Below are positions 15,201 to 26,400 of a stretch of DNA of 64,000 nucleotides, one piece after another. Within the stretch, counting starts at the first letter, position 1, and every line of letters begins with the position of its first letter. The stretch comes from Bugula neritina. Its lineage: Eukaryota > Animalia > Bryozoa. The notes under the pieces were generated by a model that had not been told where the DNA came from, searched no databases, and was given only the letters and a program-made list of their open reading frames with translations. Position numbers and translations under genes: made by a program. The stretch lies in NCBI GenBank assembly GCA_964035545.1, contig OZ037771.1, forward strand, positions 2,305,628 to 2,369,627. Direction: 5' to 3'.

Positions 15201-18200
15201 AAAACATGAGCAGAAACTGCCTGCTTTAGTCTGCTAAACTTTAGTAGCAAAACTTCCCTCACCTGTTGTAGCATATAAACTTAACAAGTTGGAACCTTTA
15301 CAAAAATACTCCTAACAATTTAGCTAACAGATCTGTTGGGAAAGATAACTCCACAGGTTCAATAGATAGACAGATCATGCAAACTGTACAAATAAAAACA
15401 AGCAGACGAACAGACATACAGACAACTAGACAGTCAGGTAGGTAGGTATACAGAGTGATAGAATAGATACAGAATGATAAAGTAATCAAGGATTTAACCA
15501 ATTTAAATAACATTCAGACAGATAGACAAGCAAATAGACAAACCTAAAGCTATGGAAAACTAAAGCAATGTATTCTTATTACATAGAATTAAACTATCGT
15601 AACTCATAAGCGCACAAGACTGGTGCAAAAACTAATCACAATGTAGCTTTACAAAAATGTAATTTAGAAGTTGTGTTCTTTTACCCGTTGCTGATTTGCA
15701 GTGGTTTGTATAGCATCAGATACTATTCCAGCTTGTGCAGTGGAAATCTACAATTGAGAGTTATATTATTATAGGTTTAAATTAGTCAAGAAAAACAGTG
15801 TAAGTTGGGGGAGGGTGTGGAGAGGACGGTGGCGTCATTAGAATAACTACATGTAGATAGATGAAGTTTACCAAAGCAGTAAAAATAGATAAAGTATATA
15901 AGACAAGGAGCCTGTATCTTGTAGTAAATTAGATGGTATAACATGACATTTTAAAAGCAGGTGAAGAATGCAATACCTCTGGTCGCGAAATAACTGCATG
16001 TAATGTCAGCAGCCCCATTTGAGTTAGCTATTTATATCATATTTCATTCTTGAGAATATCATGACAGTATAGATTTCAAGACTCAATGAAATTGACTATG
16101 AACTACTGGGGTATTTTGTAAAAAATGTGTATGAGCTGGAATTTACAACCCTTCTAATGTTTATGATACTAATTGGAACCAGGCTGTTAGGGCAAGCAAC
16201 AAACAGCAGCATTGTTTAATTCATTCATCCTGTGTAATTAGCTTTCAAGGGCTGCTCTGAAAGATTGAAAATCAAACAGGTTTCTATGCTTTTACAGCAA
16301 ACTCTAGCCGGCTACAACACAAGCTCGCATTACAAAAAATATGGTAGTTTTTATTAACATATGATAGAACGAACTAATGATTAGCCCTAAATCCTAACAG
16401 ACTAGAAACATAGTCTGCATTACTCTATAATGTACTGAAAGGCATAAGGGCCAAAGGCTTTCTGTATATACAAAAAGATTTCCGCACTCTGCAAAGAATT
16501 ATTTAGTAGTTATGCACGTTTAATGGGCAGTTACTAGCCAAGACGTAACAGTATGCCCTTTTTATAGCTTTCAGAAGAGATATTATGGAATATTCTAGTT
16601 CCTACTATAGCTGTGTATAGCAGAGTAGTCGTAAGGAGTAGAGTGTATATTCATACAGTTAGTCTGACTAAGTGTTTATAGAGAAACTTGCAGTGTTGTT
16701 AACCTAAACAGAGAACAAGGTCTAAGAAAACATAGCTTGTGCTACTAGGCTTTGCTGGTAAATGTTGGCAAACCTGTCTACTATCATATATATAAAAAAG
16801 CTATGAAACTGCACACTCCACAGCAGTTCACACCACACAGGCTAAGTAAAGCATGGACCTACTATCACATAAAGTTCAATTAAGCTAATCTCAAATATTT
16901 TTGCAGGTAAAGGACATCTCAAACTAAGTTAGAATTTATTTCATAATATAACACTTTCTAATGGCTACTGTTGCTCCTCAAAGTTTTAGTTTAAAAACTA
17001 GCAAATTTCTCAAACAGTATAATACTTATAGTAGCTAGAAATTTATTTAGAACTAAAGTACAACAAATGTTTGATTTACCAGTGTAATTCGGGCTTCATA
17101 CAGAGCCGTCTTCACTGCATCCTCCCATGATAACCCATAATTTTTAGCAGTTTGCTGCAGGAAGATGACATCATTGTTGCTATAGTAACCACTAGCAGAA
17201 GCTAGAGGGAGCCGATAGCCAGGGGGCAGTTTCTGCAAGGAGGTCTGGTAACCGATGGAGGAGTTCCTATACTCTCTTCTCCATTCATCTAGCAGATAGT
17301 TTACATCAGCAGCTGTCGCTATTCTCTAAGAAGAATATACAATTTATTATCTAGAATACTGGCACTGAGGCTTATAATACTGGCACTGAGGCTTATAATA
17401 CTGGCACTGAGGCTATTCTTCATTCTATGACTTTATGGTTTCACTCAAAATGTTTGATTGGCAGCTGGTTAGTTGTCAGTTTAAACTTTAGGCAAGCAGA
17501 AAAAGCAGTCTGGGTTTTTATCAAAATAAAATAGCTCTAAAAATCATAAATTAATTGAGAATACCAGCAGAAGCGTACCATAGGTTAGCAAGATTACACA
17601 AGAAAAGGAGAGACCAGACAACAGTAACAATATTATATAACCAATTGAAGGGTGAGAATTGGATTATTAGAATCTAAAGTAGTTTATCACAAACCTGCAT
17701 GAGGTGATTATCAAGCTTAGCAATGGCTTCCTGCTGAGCCGCAATCTTACTGCGCAGGTCCTGGCTGTTAGTACTAGGGTCCTCCAAATTAGTGTAGGCA
17801 GAGATAAGATTTCCATCATGGATTATGTACCGTGCCTGCAGATCCTTGATGTACGCCGATACCACAACAGCTGGTGCATCGGCCATGTACAGGACTGTAG
17901 AAGTTGTCTTCTCAGTAGTGTTGGTAGTGTTAGATATAGTTGTTAGTTTAGTGGGGTGGTACTTATCTAAACCCTCATGCTTGTCGGTGGGTAATGTAGA
18001 AGGTAGGTCTAGAAAATTCTGACTTTTAGCCTGTAAGAGGCCAATGCATTATGAGAAACAAACTAGAATAATGCTATGAGATAATAGAATACTGGATGAT
18101 AAACCAGCATTAGCAAACCCAGTTAGGCAATGCCAACATGCAAACCCCAAGCCCAAAGCAGAAAAAAAATCGATTAGTAACAAATTGAAACCTTAACAAG

Positions 18201-19588
18201 TGGACAGAACTTTCACCAAAAGCAAAAAATATTGTAATTCTTATTTATGAGTTTACTATGTAAAATGTTTTTTCTTAGCTATAAAATATTTATATCGAAC
18301 TGAAATCTAAAAGCAGGTGTAAATAAAAGAAAATAAAATGTCAATTGTTTTCATGGAGTAAATAATAAAGAACTTTTATTTTAGTTGCAATGATTTGTAA
18401 AATGAGAATTGCTAGAATCCTAATTATTTTATTTACATGAAATATTTGGGCAAAACATTAATGGTATTAACAGAACTAGTTCAATAACAGTAAAAGGTAG
18501 CAATTCATTACTGCCATCAACTTTATATCAAATAGAATTATAAATTTCTCATTTTAATTACTAAAATTAATGTCATGTTAATGTTAATCAATTTCTTTAT
18601 ACCCTGCATTATTTCTTTGGAATATAATAATAAGGATAAAAATTGGGCTGTTGGATTAAAATATTGCAACACCTGCTCTAGAATGTAATAAAACACAATT
18701 AGCAGGAAACTGCAGTTCAACAAAGAGTCATGAGACTGACAAGAAGCCTGTCTCACTACATCAGACTCAACATGTGATATTTCACTCTCTACAATAGGCT
18801 GTTATGTCTGTTGAAGCTAAGGATCATGCATAAAATTCAGAAAGGGGCCCTTCAAGGTGCTGATTTAGCTAGTTGAATTGTTACCTCACTGAGTTGAGCA
18901 TAGGCACAATCCAAGACCGCTATTGAGATGATAACACCAACAGAAAATCTAAAATATAAACAACAGACTAATTAGTAAGAAACTTATGCCAATGAAAAGG
19001 GTAATTGGATAAATATTATTGTAATTTATATTATAAAAATATGCATTATATTTTGAATTGAAATAAGGCAATAAATGCAATAACTAAACAGAAAATTTAC
19101 AATAATAGGATAATTTGGGTACACTTATTTTCAGAAATAAATAAATGTTTGCATTATTTTTTTTAAAGTCAAAAAATGGTGATAATAAATTATAGAAAAA
19201 TATGATATAAAATATTATTTTATTTTCATATTTAGTTAGAGGCAATGGTATCAAACACAATTTACTGTGATTCAGCTTACAAAACTAAAGCAAAACAAAA
19301 TGAAAATTGAATACTGGCTTAAAGAAAAAAATATACTAGCTAGCATATCTATGTATAACTTTAAGTATGTGTATAAAATTTAAAAATGGCATTACTAGCA
19401 CTATCTGACTTATAATTCCATGCAGTTATAAATTGAGAAATAAAAAAAATCGAAATTAGATTATTAAAAGACCAGCAAAAATTGACACTATCAGTCAATT
19501 ATACCACAAACTGTTTTGAAAATCAACAATAGTTATAAATTTTTTATTTAATTTTTGAGACTTAGAATCACCTGAGAATGGACTTCAT
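267..19588 (-). CDS. COL4A2: Type IV collagen alpha2-like chain (5' part; 3' end and NC1 lie beyond the window start), multi-exon
   Basis: Phase-consistent GT-AG exons: 19588-19572, 18948-18885, [18030-17695, 17325-17080, 15747-15685, 13627-13472], 12088-12008, 11723-11589, 11260-11143, 11006-10812, 10499-10294, 10137-10021, 9933-9769, 9539-9335, 8933-8785, 8510-8375, 7775-7597, 7176-6976, 6789-6601, 6344-6254, 6143-5938, 5614-5518, 5110-4967, 4659-4471, 4065-3922, 3754-3611, 3506-3340, 3162-3009, 2893-2804, 748-569, 458-267. Interrupted Gly-X-Y. 7S start [24 protein letters not shown] resembles the alpha2-type PCGGRDCSGGCQCYPEKG. 7S motif GIDGCNGT. Interruption GECRVCLPG. Head-to-head with an alpha1-like gene. 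Confidence 0.9.
13472..13627 (-). CDS. Phase 0-0 coding exon (52 aa) immediately upstream of the 7S exon
   Basis: gttgctag|GCA ACC CAG ... GCA CTG|gtgaga. [52 protein letters not shown], no stop. The next clear acceptor on - is the collagen 7S exon at 12088 (phase 0). Confidence 0.75.
14607..15087. repeat. Minisatellite, 25-26 bp unit
   Basis: Tandem variants of TTTGAGTACTGAGTGAGAGTATCA(A/G). Confidence 0.9.
15685..15747 (-). CDS. Candidate phase 0-0 exon (21 aa, [21 protein letters not shown])
   Basis: caattgtag|ATT ... CGG|gtaaaa; open and in phase with neighbouring exons. Confidence 0.55.
17080..17325 (-). CDS. Phase 0-0 coding exon (82 aa) of the same N-terminal domain
   Basis: ttcttag|AGA ATA GCG ... 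ACA CTG|gtaaat. [40 protein letters not shown]...[15 protein letters not shown]. Read-through of the donor would stop at 17053. Confidence 0.78.
17355..17414. repeat. 21-bp tandem repeat, about 3 copies
   Basis: AATACTGGCACTGAGGCTTAT. Confidence 0.85.
17695..18030 (-). CDS. Phase 0-0 coding exon (112 aa) of an unrecognised non-collagenous N-terminal domain
   Basis: cttacag|GCT ... ATG CAG|gtttgt. Open frame [20 protein letters not shown]...[17 protein letters not shown]...[24 protein letters not shown]. Contains ORF-track 17674..17886. Confidence 0.8.
18885..19588 (-). CDS. Signal-peptide exons 1-2 of the alpha2(IV)-like gene ([27 protein letters not shown])
   Basis: ccaccATG Kozak context at 19588. 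A 17-nt exon (AG|gtgatt) and a 64-nt exon (ttttag| ... GAG|gtaaca) give 27 codons: basic N-terminus, hydrophobic core, AYA-Q cleavage-like site. Confidence 0.85.
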
Positions 19589-20478
19589 GGTGGAAACACC
19601 AATCACCTAGTCCTGTTCCCCGGAGTGAGTGAGAGTAATCCTTCAGATAACCAGCTTTTTCAGTGCAAATCTTAGCTTTACAGAATTCTCCACTAATTTA
19701 TAAGCCATACATCTGTTCTTGCCTGATGCTTGGCTGGTTATTTAGAGAACTGACTACAAAAAATTGAAATGTGCATTTGCAAAGGCGTGATTAACCTGAC
19801 AACCCTAAGATTTTTAAAACAAACCAATCAGTTGGGCATGAATGAAAATCTCTCACTTCCCATTGGTTATTAAATTAAAATTCAGTCGCTCACGTGTTAT
19901 CCACGTGAATTTGCAGAATAAACCTACGCGAAGACAAATAACGTTATATTTTGCATAAAATATAAAGAAAAATATAGTATTTAAAACATTTTTTAATTTT
20001 ATTTTGTTATATTACATAAATAAATAACTTTTGTGTACTTTTTCAATTTTTTTAAAACTTGATACAACTGGAATCATAATTAAATGTACTGAAGTGTGTG
20101 AGGTGTGATTCGGCGACCAACCACCAAAACTTTGTAATGTGGACTCCATAGATTAGTAGCTCCGACCAGCTGCTGACTGACACTGAACCGGTAGTATGGC
20201 TATACTTGGTGATTGAATATTCTACTCAAATTAAGCATTTCAATTTGTTTTATAGAAAATATTACGCAATAATATAGATTACTTGATATCAAACCTCTCT
20301 GGGCTTTGCGAGGTGTTGGTGGTGGCTGCAATTGTCAGTGTGATTGTCAGCATCGAATACTAGCATTGAGTTGAGATTCGACTCAAGCATTGCTAGTTAC
20401 AACTGACTGCAACTTCTGGTCAGTTATACGAGTTAACCATTCGGTTACTGCCAGAATCACATTCTCATTCTGGACAAC
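19589..20478. promoter_or_regulatory. Bidirectional promoter and 5'UTR region between the divergent collagen IV genes
   Basis: 890 bp between divergent ATGs. CCAAT at 19824-19828, ATTGG at 19862-19866, two CACGTG E-boxes at 19891-19896 and 19902-19907. Head-to-head COL4 pairs with shared promoters are established. Confidence 0.65.
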
Positions 20479-23400
20479 ATGTCTACTGGATTAGGACATG
20501 CAAAACCAAAATGTTGGAGCTGGCTCTTGATCACTACAGTTCTACTAATGTTTCTCTTTGCTACGACAGAGTCGGTGAGTTAAAGTTTTCATTTGATGAT
20601 TTTACTGATTTTGTTCTCATTTGATAACCTAATGGTTAATTGTTGATAATCACAATACTATGTTTTGTAAAACATGGGTGAATAACAAGACTTATACATA
20701 AAGTGACAATTTCTAAAATGTTCTCTGGGTTAATAGGCATACATAGTTTTCAAACGTAGTGTGTCGATACATCCTAACCAGATATTTACTTCGGATTGAA
20801 GTTCTAAAACACCATGAAACAGATGAAGTTTTATTTATTCAATATAGTGCAGTAGTCACAGTACAGTACAGTCATTGCCCATGTCTATACTTGATAGCTT
20901 ATCAAGGAAATAGCAGTACATTTTATGAAATTGCAAAAATTCTTTTTATTTTGTATAGCTGAGTTTATGTTTAATGCAAAGCTACTTGAGCTTGATGGTT
21001 GTTTGTAGTATTGCACTGGCAGTTATATTACACACTATTGCTAAGAAAATCGTACACATAATTCTCTGTGAATGGTTTAGTTGGTCAGCTAGCACACTGT
21101 CTTTGAAAATAATTTTTAAAATACTTTCTATTTATGATTGCTGGGAGCTTATATTTATTTTAAAATGTTTGTCTACATACTTAGATGTAAAAATTATTTG
21201 AAACTTTTTTCAGAAAAATTGCTGTGACGTTCTAAGATATTTAAGCGGATTCCTACAACATGTTCCATTATAATATGTACTGAGTAGATCCTAGTGCACC
21301 TCAAAAGGCCTCATTAATTAGGTTAACAGCACCTGTATCTCGTATGGACATGATAGACATTTGTACTTGGCAGGTCTAAAGGGTGCATCATTCATAACCC
21401 CTGTGATCGCTTACATCTTTTCCGAAGATTTAGAAATATGCCCTTATTCTTTTACACTGACTGTTGAAAAATACTGCCTTCTCGCCCAACTGCCCACCAC
21501 TTATGGCAAACTTTCCAATTTTCAATATTTTCACCTATTTATGTTGATTAATAACTTCATTGTTGTTCTTCAGAAATGTGGAAGCAGAAGTTGTGATGAA
21601 CCATGTGAATTGTGTAAAGGAATAAAAGGAGAAAAGGTGAGATATAATAGTGTTTCCTGTTGGTGTATCCAGCAGGGAAGTAGCCATATTGTTGGCTTCT
21701 CAGGTATAAATATTTTCGCTTATTACCTCATATTGCTCTTGTGTCTGTAGGGAAGCATAGGATTACCCGGCCTTGCGGGTTTATCTGGTATGCCTGGAGA
21801 TTTAGGACTAATAGGATTTTCCGGTCCAATCGGCATACCTGGAGAGCCGGGTGATGATGGGGCACTCGGACCCAAAGGAGAAAGGGTATGTGACTTCACC
21901 TACCATAGAAATTAGTGTTGTACTGTGTGGTGTAACTTACATAGCAACAGCAGCAACAGCAGCAGCAGCCCCTTTACTTGCAGCTACTATAACCACGTGA
22001 TCACATCTCAGATTTTATAACTAAAATTTTTGGCCTACTGTATGTATAAAGTAGAGCAGCAATAAAATAATTTAGAGCCCCTAACTGCAGAATAGGGCTG
22101 CCTGTGCATGTGTACATGATAATGAGTACAGAACCTGCAATTGTGGTCTCTACTGCCTGTAGTCACAACAAATGATCATAAAAATTATAAATATTTAGTG
22201 TGTTTAATTAATTGCTGCCTGTTAATTACTCCAGTGCAAGCATAGGTATGCAGAGAGGCAGCAGCTGGTGCAGAATGATGCCCACTGGTAGTAGACTTAG
22301 TAGTTGTGTGCTAAAAATACAAATTCCAGATATCTTCCAGCATTTCTCTGTTCTTCAGAACAAATGAACAGACATTTAAATCATGATATTATATAGAGTT
22401 GTGTCTATGCCAAAATTCTATCACTTGTTTCCATTACTTCTCGTTATTATGGGAATAAATTTTCTTACCTATGAACTTATCGTTGTGCTTTCATTCCATG
22501 CAACTCTTTCCAAACACTGGATGAAAAATCCAATCGCATAATTCTCGAAGCTAGCTTGGAGACACAGTGTATATGTTCTTTAGGCATTTTCTTTAAGCAA
22601 TTAAGTACATGACAGATTTGTGTGTCTGGGATTTGGTATACCTTCACTAAATACCATGCTGACTCTTTTTCAGGGTTCAGTGGGCAGAAGAGGAGGTATC
22701 GGCATAATGGGTCTCAATGTGAGTAGACATCATTGTTTATAAAGTATGTGACTCCACCTTGTCAAGTTCATATTGTGTGTTTCTCTAATATAATTTATAT
22801 TTTTATAAATTTTTTCATGGAGACTGCAGGTGAAGAAAAAGCGTATAATATTATCTTGTTTATCATATAGATATCATATTCAAACTTATGGAAATATAAT
22901 TTCTTTAAATATGCTGCACTTTACAGAATTGGCATCTGATTTCATAGTTTGCTGCCAGCATGTCTTGTGCCTTTGTGTAAACAAATATTAGCTTTCAATT
23001 CCTTCACCATCAGTCATATTTCTTTACATTTTCTACAAGATTGTCATGTTGGTGATTTGGTAGAGAATCTATTTTAAATAGAAGAAATTTTAAATAAAAA
23101 TGTAGCCAATTGGAGTTATGAGAAGTTTTTAAAGATTGCCAGGATAAATAAATAGATTTGTGATGCACGAATGCCAGTGTATGCTATAATGTTACATGAT
23201 ATGGCAAGTTATGCTGCCAAAACTAACTTCAAATGCTGAGTGTGTCATCCAGATACTATATGAATCTCACCATGTATCCAGTTATCTCTGTATTTATACA
23301 ATGGATACATTTGGGAGTCACAAAATTTTAATAGGAAATTCCTCCCATATCCACAGAAACTAATATTTTGATGTTTGCTCATTCAGTTATCTATTGGCAA

Positions 23401-26400
23401 GTCACTATTTATCCGTAGGAAAAAACATTGTTTAGCCTGTGATAAAAACTTATTTGCTGTATTAATCTAGGGTCTTGATGGTATGGAAGGACCTTCTGGT
23501 GGTCAGGGGTTTCCTGGATGCAACGGAACAAACGTGAGTTTTCATCCATCTGTTTAACTTTGCTCGCATGTTTGGGTAAAGTCCTTGACATTTGCAATTG
23601 CGAGGAATTGGTGACTTTGAGTTTTGCTCAATCATCAAATATAGATTTTTGTTCAACTAATTTTTCTTACATCTGAAAATATTTTTAAAAGATGCCAATT
23701 AGAGTGATGTACTTTACCGAACTATTCTGTATCCAATACAAGGGTTCGGAAATTGAAAGATATCTGGTCAAAAACTCAAATTAAAGTTTTTATTGTTGAT
23801 AATAATTTGTTGAGGTGGTCATAAAAACTGCCAGGCTAGCATGACTCATAGGCTGAGAACTGTAAACCCTCTAACAATTATCTTCCTATAAAATAGTACG
23901 CAATAACTATACCTGCAAATTATCACTATTTAACAGTACCATTTCAAACTTAACAAACTATTTAACTGGCAATCTAGTTGAGTACGCAGGTTTTCTGTAT
24001 TTGTAATTAGAGAAAATGCACTGCTTGCCCAGCGTATGCATTGTTAGAGAAAGGGAGGAAACAGTATGTACATGGTTACACATTCTGTTATAATCACTGA
24101 CAGACACACACCTGCTCATGTCTGTCAGTGTGATCTGTCACTACATGCTTTGTTTTATGGCCCTAAAAAGCTGCATTTCACAGCCTGCACCGTAGCTTGT
24201 GCTGCTGCAACTAAACCAATCTGTAGTTTTACTGGTTTTATTGTGTTCTTCTGCTGCAGATTATTAAATTGCAATTAAGAATCACAAATTGGTTTGTGTT
24301 TTTGTAAATTTTCTGCAGCAAACTTTGCATTTTTTCTGCAGGTGTGTTTGACTAAAAAGGTCATTAAACGGAGAAAAAGAGTCAAAATAGCAATTTAATA
24401 TAATTTTTAAAACTGCGTTTGTGTTACAGTGTAAATAACTTGAAAAAGTTCTAAGCAAACTTCTTATTTTCAACTTGAAAATTATTTTCTTCAAAATATG
24501 CAACATCACCGCTCGTTGCAACTTTCTAACTTCTAATAGACAATGATGGTGGAACTCCATGGTATTTCTTTCCCAATATGTGATTTATTATAGCCATGGT
24601 AAAGTAGCACATCTGTCTCGCTCACTCATCTGACACCAGCGTAGGTCTGTCACAGGCCTGTTGCATTCCTCTTATGGTAACACCCTACATTGTGATGCTT
24701 TATGGTGGCCCTGGCCGGTAGTAGTAATATTATCTCACATAATTGAAATATTTCAATGTTTAGGTTACCTGCTAGTGTTACTTAACAATTGGGGCCATAA
24801 TATCAACTATGAGACAGTCTGTAGAGCTGATGGGCTGTTTAACTAGACTGGGAAACATGCACCTGGTTCTAGTAACACAATGCCTCATATCCAAACAGCT
24901 GCTATAAATCCGGGTGGACATTTTTGGTCATCTTCGATAAATTTTATAAATTTCTGAACGTAAATTAATATTTATATTTAGAGCGATGCCGTTCTTTTCA
25001 ACTCCCTATTTCAAATTATTTTGTGTTTTAGGGTTCACCTGGTGCACCTGGCCTGCTAGGTAGACCTGGTTCTCCAGGATTGCCTGGAGTTCCCGGACCT
25101 AGAGGATTCAAGGTAAGTTTAATTTTTTATATAGTCTGTAAAGATAGCAATTTTCACAAAATTTATAAAAAAGGAAACAAAATGCAACTTTTAATCACAA
25201 TACTTCCCTGTTTCATCTAAACCTACAGAATGTTGTATCATTACGGCAATATAGACCTGCCAGTTATACCCAACATTGTGTTTTTAAACTGTGGAGTTAT
25301 GTGTTATATGGTCTAGAAATAATTCTTTATATCAAAATATATTTTCTAACCTCATTACATTCATTATACTAGTAGTTCAATGGTACTTTTATACTATATT
25401 TTTAGTTATTTGACAATATAAAACAAATGTTAATGGCAGCAGAGTGTTTGACCTTGAAGTTTAAAGTTAGTTTATGATTTACTGCTTATGGTGATCCCAC
25501 TTACTCTCATTCTTCAGATACACATACCGGCACTTGTTGCGTAGACAATGAATATTTTAGCCATAATGTTTATGTATCAAAAACACCAGAACACTCTAAC
25601 ACTGTTATCTAATCACGGAATGTGTAAAAATTTGTCAAAGTTTATGCAAGTGTTGTATAATATTTACAATACACCTCTGTGATGTGTTGGTATGCGATAT
25701 TTCCTCCGGGGTAAGTGTTTAGGTTTGAAATGTTACAAAGAGCCAGCTGAAGGGTCCTAAATTACCTGCCAGACAATTATTTATATCTGGTATGATTGTA
25801 GGGCCCGCCTGGTGATGTAATTGGATTTGTTATACCGGGAGATCTCGGAGAGATAGGACCTCCAGGATTTCAGGTAAAGTGTAATTTCTGGTGTGAGAAT
25901 TTGACTGGTTGTTTTTTCATTTGAAAATCTTGATTTTTAGTTGGAAATATTCTGCAGAAAAATCCTAACGAATAATTTCTAGGCCTTAGGATGTCAAGGT
26001 CACTAGTGATTATTTAAATTTATTGATATTCCCTTACTAATTTCGCTTTTCTGTATGCCAAAGGGAAGACAACTAATAGATTTAGAAATTATTTTAGCTT
26101 GTGTTCAGATAATTAAACCAATTATACAATACACTAGATAAGTTTTAATAATTTTATGTAAGTAAAAGGACAAGCATTCAAGTGGAGACAAGCAGCTCAA
26201 AGTTTTTAGTTCTAATGGTTGCTGACTCTGTAACAGCGGCAGCAGCAGAGGATGTGAATATTAGTACACGAGTTATTAGTGTGGGCTAACAGCTACTTCA
26301 CATAGCTATAATGTGTTGTGTAAGAAAATAGCTATAAGATGTTAAAAGGTAGTAGTGCTAAATGTATGAGTTTCAGTATATGTAGTCTGCCAGCTATTGC

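Noticed and set aside
15977-16027. Possible extra phase-0 exon [17 protein letters not shown]
   Set aside because: In frame, but the acceptor is purine-rich and weak; not included in the model and left for RNA-seq.
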